A stretch of 64,000 nucleotides of DNA from an uncultured Bacilli bacterium (GTDB taxonomy: Bacteria; Bacillota_I; Bacilli_A; RF39; UBA660), in contig OZ007022.1 in assembly GCA_963931515.1 (NCBI GenBank), positions 589,747-653,746 on the forward strand, in the 5' to 3' direction. A model generated the notes under the pieces. The model did no database searches. It was not told the origin of the DNA and saw nothing but the letters and a program-made list of their open reading frames with translations. Below are positions 58,867 through 64,000 of the stretch, one piece after another. A program made the translations under genes and the position numbers. The first letter of the stretch is position 1, and every line of letters starts with the position of its first letter.

Positions 58867-60840
58867 ATGATATTGGTTACGTTAGGAACACAAAAGCAGA
58901 ATTTTTATAGATTGTTAGATGCTATAGAAAAATTAAAAACAAAAGAAAAAATAGTAGTACAAGCTGGATGGTCTGCAGATTATAAAAGTGATAAAATGGA
59001 AATATTTGATTTTATCAGTTATGATGAGATGGAAAAGTATATTGATGAGGCTAGCTTGATTATTACTCATGGTGGTACAGGCTCTATTGTTATGCCACTT
59101 CAACATAATAAAAAGGTTATTGCGGCTCCTAGACTTGAAAAATATGGAGAGCATGTAAATGATCATCAAACGGAAATAGTTAATGTGTTTAGTGATGAAG
59201 GACATATTTTAGCTTTTAATGATGGTGATGATTTGCAAGAGATTTATGATAAGTCTAAAAAATTTAAACCAGTTCCTTATAAAAGTAATACAGAACAGTT
59301 TGTAAAAGAATTAGATAAAGAAATTAATCAGAAAAAGGATAAAATACGTTTTTGGCCATCTGCAGTTTTATTATTTTTAATATTTCTTTTGATTAGTTTA
59401 TGGGTACCGTATTGTGGTGATGATTGGACTAATAATATACTTGGATTAGATTCAATTGTAGATTATTTTAGGGTTGCTTATCAAAAGTATTTAGATGTTG
59501 AAGGTCGATTTTTTAGCCGGATATTTGTACTTATTTTTACTCATTATAAGTTTTTATGGGCAATTATTAATGCTTTAATGATTTCGGGGATATTTGTTTT
59601 AATTAATAAGATTATAAAAAATAAAAATAACAAATTTATTCGTTTTTTGACGTTTACTTTATTTGTATTTATTTCTAATGAAATATTGCGTCAAGTTATT
59701 GTATGGCCTACTGGTAGTGCAACTTATATGTTTCCAATGTTTTTAACTATTATATTTTTATATTTTAATAATAATATTTGGGAAAATGATTATAAAATTT
59801 CTAACTTAAAATTTATTGTTTCTTTGATAATGATTATGATTGTATCTATGTCAATTGAAACGGTTAGCGTAGCTATGGTATTTATTACTTTGTTTATATT
59901 CGTGTATGTATTTTGGAAGACCAAAAAGTTTGATATAAAGAGGTTTATTTGTTTTTTGATTTCTTTAATTGGGTTTATTTTAATGCGTGTAAGTCCTGGT
60001 GCTACATTGAGGCTTGCTGATACAGGATTTAGTAATATTGGTTTTGTTGATATGATGCAAACTAGTATTCCTAAGTTTGTAGAGTATACATATTTGACAA
60101 ATATTGTTTTAATAATACTTATGGTTTTTGTTTGTTATTTGGTTTTAAAAAATAATAAAGTTAAATATTTATTTGTTAAAATGTTAGCGCTTGGAGTTAT
60201 TCCGCTTTTAACTGTAATTATGAGTGCTTATAAGTTTTGTAGATTATATTTAGGCTTCGAAGTTAATATTCTAAATAAGGGATTATTTTTAGTCAATTCT
60301 TCTAATGTTGTAATAATTATTTATTGGTTATTTTTTACATTTGCTTTTATATATTTAATTTATAGATATATTAATGAATCTAATAAGATAAAAATATTGT
60401 TTTATACATTTATTGGCTATTTAGCAAATGCTGCGATGTTATTTTCTCCAATTTGGGGAGGTAGAACTACTTCGTTTACAGTAGTTATGCTTTTTATTGT
60501 ATGTATGCTTATTATAAATAATTATAAGGCTGATTTATTTAATAATACTTTATTTAAAAGAAGCTTAGTCATAATAACAGTTTTATGGATTTTGTGTATG
60601 TTGATTTTATATTATAATGTTTATTTACAAAATAAAAATAGAGAATTAACGATTGAAAAACAGGTGGCTGAAAATTCAAAAGCTGTAACTTTGGAGTTAT
60701 TGCCTGAGTATGCTTTACACACGGCGAATGCTTGGAATAATTGGCATCAATCAATGTTAAAATCTTATTATGGTATTGATGATGATGTACAATTAAATAG
60801 GAAAGTAGTAAAATATAGATACAATTTATTTTATAAATAG
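58867..60840 (+). CDS. Alg13-like (GT28 C-terminal domain, Cps14G/PssE-family) glycosyltransferase subunit fused to a large polytopic membrane domain
   Basis: 657 aa. The N-terminal 160 aa has MILVTLGTQ...ITHGGTGS (Alg13-like). The rest has 12 or more TM helices. A bidirectional terminator aaaatcgcc-gtagttat-ggcgatttt lies at 60862-60890. Confidence 0.65.
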   Translation: MILVTLGTQKQNFYRLLDAIEKLKTKEKIVVQAGWSADYKSDKMEIFDFISYDEMEKYIDEASLIITHGGTGSIVMPLQHNKKVIAAPRLEKYGEHVNDHQTEIVNVFSDEGHILAFNDGDDLQEIYDKSKKFKPVPYKSNTEQFVKELDKEINQKKDKIRFWPSAVLLFLIFLLISLWVPYCGDDWTNNILGLDSIVDYFRVAYQKYLDVEGRFFSRIFVLIFTHYKFLWAIINALMISGIFVLINKIIKNKNNKFIRFLTFTLFVFISNEILRQVIVWPTGSATYMFPMFLTIIFLYFNNNIWENDYKISNLKFIVSLIMIMIVSMSIETVSVAMVFITLFIFVYVFWKTKKFDIKRFICFLISLIGFILMRVSPGATLRLADTGFSNIGFVDMMQTSIPKFVEYTYLTNIVLIILMVFVCYLVLKNNKVKYLFVKMLALGVIPLLTVIMSAYKFCRLYLGFEVNILNKGLFLVNSSNVVIIIYWLFFTFAFIYLIYRYINESNKIKILFYTFIGYLANAAMLFSPIWGGRTTSFTVVMLFIVCMLIINNYKADLFNNTLFKRSLVIITVLWILCMLILYYNVYLQNKNRELTIEKQVAENSKAVTLELLPEYALHTANAWNNWHQSMLKSYYGIDDDVQLNRKVVKYRYNLFYK

Positions 60841-60902
60841 GATTTTGTGTAATTGATTATAAAAATCGCCGTAGTTATGGCGATTTTTATATTTAAGTGT
60901 TA

Positions 60903-61853
60903 TTATTTTGTCTTTGTTTGGTTATCTATAATTTCTTTTGCTATATAGATTGGTCTTTTTTTTGTTTCAACATATGTTCTTGCTAAATATTCACCAATTA
61001 TTCCGATACACAGTAGTTGAATGCCACCTAATAGTAAGATTAATGCTACGATAGTTGCGTATCCTTCAATATTAATTTGATATAATAATTTTTGAATTAT
61101 TACTATGATTAGATAAATAATTGATAAAAATGAGAAAAATAGCCCTAGAATTGTAGCTAGGTGAAGTGGAGATGTAGAAAACGAAATAATGCCATTTATA
61201 GCATATTTGAATAAATTATAAAATGACCATTTAGTAGTACCTTGAAATCTTTTTTCAACTTTGTAGGGCATATAATAAACGTTGTATCCAATCCATGAGA
61301 AAATTCCTTTAGAAAATCTATAATATTCATTAACCTCTAAAATTGATTTTACTACATTTTTTCTGAAGGTTCTAAAATCACTTGCTCCGTTAATAAATTC
61401 TGTTTCTGACATTTTATTAATTATTTTATAAAAACTACGTTTAAAGAATTTTAGAATTTTACTCTCTTTTCTTTCTTTTTGATATGTAGTTATAATATCG
61501 TATTCTGGATGTGTTTCTAGGAAATTAACCATTTTTAAAACATATTTAGGGTTTTGCTGTAAATCGGCATCTATAATATTAACGTAATTTCCTTTTGCTT
61601 CTTTTAAACCTGCATATATTGCCGCTTCTTTACCAAAATTCCTTGAAAAATTAATGATTTTAATGTTAAGCCTTTTATTTGTGGCTATTTTTTTTAGTTC
61701 AGTTAAAGTGTTGTCTTTACTCCCATCATTTATAAAGATAATTTCATATATATATTTTTTTTTGAATGTTTCATTTATTTTTTTAGTTAGTTCAGTTACG
61801 TTTTTTTCTTCGTTATAACAAGGTACTATAATGGAAAGTTGCATAATTCTCAC
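60903..61853 (-). CDS. GT2 polyprenyl-phosphate glycosyltransferase (third GtrB-like)
   Basis: SIIVPCYNEEKNV, DGSKDNT, DADLQQNP, C-terminal TM helices. Confidence 0.85.
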   Translation of the reverse strand: MRIMQLSIIVPCYNEEKNVTELTKKINETFKKKYIYEIIFINDGSKDNTLTELKKIATNKRLNIKIINFSRNFGKEAAIYAGLKEAKGNYVNIIDADLQQNPKYVLKMVNFLETHPEYDIITTYQKERKESKILKFFKRSFYKIINKMSETEFINGASDFRTFRKNVVKSILEVNEYYRFSKGIFSWIGYNVYYMPYKVEKRFQGTTKWSFYNLFKYAINGIISFSTSPLHLATILGLFFSFLSIIYLIIVIIQKLLYQINIEGYATIVALILLLGGIQLLCIGIIGEYLARTYVETKKRPIYIAKEIIDNQTKTK

Positions 61854-62045
61854 TCCTTTATATTTTTATTGTAACAGAACGCTGTTTTGATGTCTAGTAA
61901 TTTAAAATTAACCCTTAAATAAAGCATATAAAAATAACTTTATTTGAAGAAATGTTTGTTTTTTGCCTTATATTAATATACAATTAAATAGAAAAGTGGT
62001 AAAATATATATACGATTAGTTTTATAGATAGAAAAGAGGTATTAT

Positions 62046-63371
62046 ATGAGAGTTGCAGTTGCAGGAACTGGTTATGTGGGACTTGTTACAGGTGTAGCGC
62101 TTGCTCATATTGGGCATAATGTAACCTGTGTTGATGTTGATAGAGAAAAAGTAGAGAAAATGAAAAAAGGAATTAGTCCAATCTATGAACAAGATTTAGA
62201 AGAATTAATGTCTAAAAATAGAGAGAGACTAGAGTATACTTTGGATTATAAAAGGGCATATAAGGATGCAGATGTAATTATTATTGGAGTAGGTACTCCA
62301 GAGAGGGAAGATGGTTCAGCAAATTTGGATTATGTATATTCAGTATGTGAGCAGATTGCAGAATCTTTGGAACAAGATTGTGTTGTTGTTTTAAAATCAA
62401 CAGTACCGATTGGAACAAATGATGAAATTGAAAAGAAATTAAATGAAGATGTGAGAGAAGGAATTAAAGTTTATGTTGCAAGTAATCCTGAGTTTTTAGC
62501 TCAAGGGACAGCAGTTCATGATACTTTATATGCTTCTAGAATTGTAGTTGGTACGGAGGATGATTTTGCAGCTAATGTTATGCAAAAAATGTATGAACCT
62601 TTAACCAAAGAACCTTATAATGTACCTTATTTACATACTTCAAGAAGAAGTGCTGAAATGATAAAATATGCGTCTAATGATTTTTTAGCTTTGAAGATAT
62701 CTTATATTAATGAAATTGCAAATTTATGCAAGAAATTAGGAGCTAATATAGAAGAAGTTACTAAAGGTATGGGTTATGATTCTAGAATTGGTAATAAGTT
62801 TTTAAAAGCTGGTATTGGTTATGGTGGTTCTTGTTTTCCTAAAGATACTAAAGCGTTACATTGGCTTGGACAAATTGAAGGTGTAGAACTCGAGACTATT
62901 CAAGCGTGTATTAGTGTTAATAAAAAACAAAAATTAGTATTGTTTAATGAGCTACTTCATGATTTTAATGAAGGAATTGAGGGTAAAGACATTGCTGTAT
63001 TAGGACTTACTTTTAAACCTGGTACTGATGATTTAAGAGATGCACCATCTATTGATAATATTTCTATGCTTCTTGATTATGGTGTTAATGTTAAAGCTTA
63101 TGATCCAATTTCAATTGAAAATTTTAAAAGGAAAATTAGCTTTAAATTGTCAGATGATGGTGTTAAAGGTAAAATTGCTTTTTTTGATAATATTGATGAT
63201 ACAATTAAGGATGCAGATGCGGTTATGATTATGACTGAATGGCCAGAAATTGTAAACTATGATATTAAGAAATATAAAAAACTTATGAAAACTCCTAGAG
63301 TTTATGATGGAAGAAATTGCTATAAGTTAGAAGATACTAAGGATATAATTTATAGTTCGATTGGTAGATAG
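62046..63371 (+). CDS. ugd: UDP-glucose 6-dehydrogenase
   Basis: 441 aa. N-terminal NAD-binding GTGYVG, catalytic GGSCFPKD, C-terminal UDP-binding domain. Confidence 0.9.
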   Translation: MRVAVAGTGYVGLVTGVALAHIGHNVTCVDVDREKVEKMKKGISPIYEQDLEELMSKNRERLEYTLDYKRAYKDADVIIIGVGTPEREDGSANLDYVYSVCEQIAESLEQDCVVVLKSTVPIGTNDEIEKKLNEDVREGIKVYVASNPEFLAQGTAVHDTLYASRIVVGTEDDFAANVMQKMYEPLTKEPYNVPYLHTSRRSAEMIKYASNDFLALKISYINEIANLCKKLGANIEEVTKGMGYDSRIGNKFLKAGIGYGGSCFPKDTKALHWLGQIEGVELETIQACISVNKKQKLVLFNELLHDFNEGIEGKDIAVLGLTFKPGTDDLRDAPSIDNISMLLDYGVNVKAYDPISIENFKRKISFKLSDDGVKGKIAFFDNIDDTIKDADAVMIMTEWPEIVNYDIKKYKKLMKTPRVYDGRNCYKLEDTKDIIYSSIGR

Positions 63372-63520
63372 TTACTAAAAGAAGATTTCTTTTAGTAACT
63401 ATTTTATAAAATTTGATATTTAATGTGTTTAAATAAGAATAAATTGTGGCTGATTAAACTTTGATTTATAAAATTAGATTTTGTTTATTTTTATAAAGTT
63501 TAATTCAGGGGGTACTGTAA

Positions 63521-64000
63521 ATGAAAGTAAGACAATCAAATTATGAATTAATGCGTATAGTATCAATGCTTTTAATTATTATTTATCATATATTAATACA
63601 TGGTAATGTATTGAATCATACTACTGGTGTTTTAAATTTTATTTTTTTATTACTTATATGTATAACATTAGTACATGTAAATTCGTTTGTATTAGTTACA
63701 GGTTATTTTAATTATGACAAAGAGTTTAAATGGAAGAAGTTTTGGAATATTTTTTTACAAGCGTGGTTTTATCAGATAATAATAGTTATAATTTTATTAG
63801 TAACAGGATTGCTTAGTATAGGCGGAAGTTATACTTTGATTAATGTTTTATCACCGTTAAATTATAATTATTGGTTTATTGTTTGCTATTTGATGTTATA
63901 TTTAGTTACACCATTTTTAAATAGATTAATTATTAATATTTCGCAAAAAGAGCATAAAAAGTTAATAATATTATTGTTTTGCTTGTTTTGTGTAATTCCT
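63521..64000 (+). CDS. acyltransferase family 3 membrane protein, N-terminal part (continues beyond the window)
   Basis: MRIVSMLLIIIYHILIHG... is the typical AT3 N-terminus. Not in the ORF track because no stop occurs before the window end. Confidence 0.6.
   Translation, partial: MKVRQSNYELMRIVSMLLIIIYHILIHGNVLNHTTGVLNFIFLLLICITLVHVNSFVLVTGYFNYDKEFKWKKFWNIFLQAWFYQIIIVIILLVTGLLSIGGSYTLINVLSPLNYNYWFIVCYLMLYLVTPFLNRLIINISQKEHKKLIILLFCLFCVIP

Noticed and set aside
41860-60754. Antisense or embedded short ORFs in the polysaccharide locus (41860..42201, 44708..44890, 50141..50452, 51072..51311, 56198..56380, 57239..57448, 57264..57482, 58933..59205, 60569..60754, 63040..63228)
   Set aside because: Overlap well-supported glycosyltransferase and membrane protein genes. 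Judged spurious.
1-64000. Alternative genetic code (Mollicutes code 4), considered because of the very low GC and the IS1634 elements
   Set aside because: Long ORFs, for example the 1371-aa and 1177-aa ones, are uninterrupted under the standard code, so this is ordinary code-11 Firmicutes-type DNA.
1-64000. CRISPR arrays or cas genes
   Set aside because: No regularly spaced short direct repeats were seen. TnpB is present only as an IS-associated nuclease, not a CRISPR effector.

Overview
This window looks like chromosome from a low-GC, Gram-positive-type bacterium that uses the standard genetic code: long ORFs are uninterrupted, so it is not a Mollicutes TGA=Trp code. Housekeeping genes (tuf 3' end, hisS, aspS, a ttcA-like PP-loop ATPase, rnhC, cvpA, thioredoxin, dCMP deaminase, lspA, rluD, rhomboid protease, a CDP-alcohol phosphatidyltransferase) are mixed with many insertion sequences. 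The IS load is: two near-identical inverted copies of a TnpB-only IS200/IS605 element with recognisable omega-RNA right ends, an IS30-like element, two different IS1634-family elements each flanked by unusually long direct repeats (144 and 119 bp), an IS110-family element, and a C-terminal remnant of a group II intron reverse transcriptase/maturase. Other content is a sortase-anchored Cna-B/isopeptide-type adhesin with its own sortase, a large GH73 glucosaminidase wall hydrolase, and a roughly 20 kb cell-envelope polysaccharide locus (glf, ugd, Wzx flippase, many GT2/GT4 enzymes, three GtrB-like/membrane-protein pairs, a split Alg14/Alg13-like pair). The most interesting part is a compact cluster at 10.4-15.6 kb next to the mobile DNA. 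It encodes a viperin-like radical SAM enzyme, a cytidylate-kinase-like domain fused to a second viperin-like radical SAM domain, a metallo-beta-lactamase-fold hydrolase, two CYTH-like (triphosphate tunnel) proteins and a LysR regulator. I interpret it as a candidate undescribed modified-nucleotide (ddhNTP-like) antiviral or signalling system. No CRISPR arrays, rRNA or clear tRNA genes were seen.
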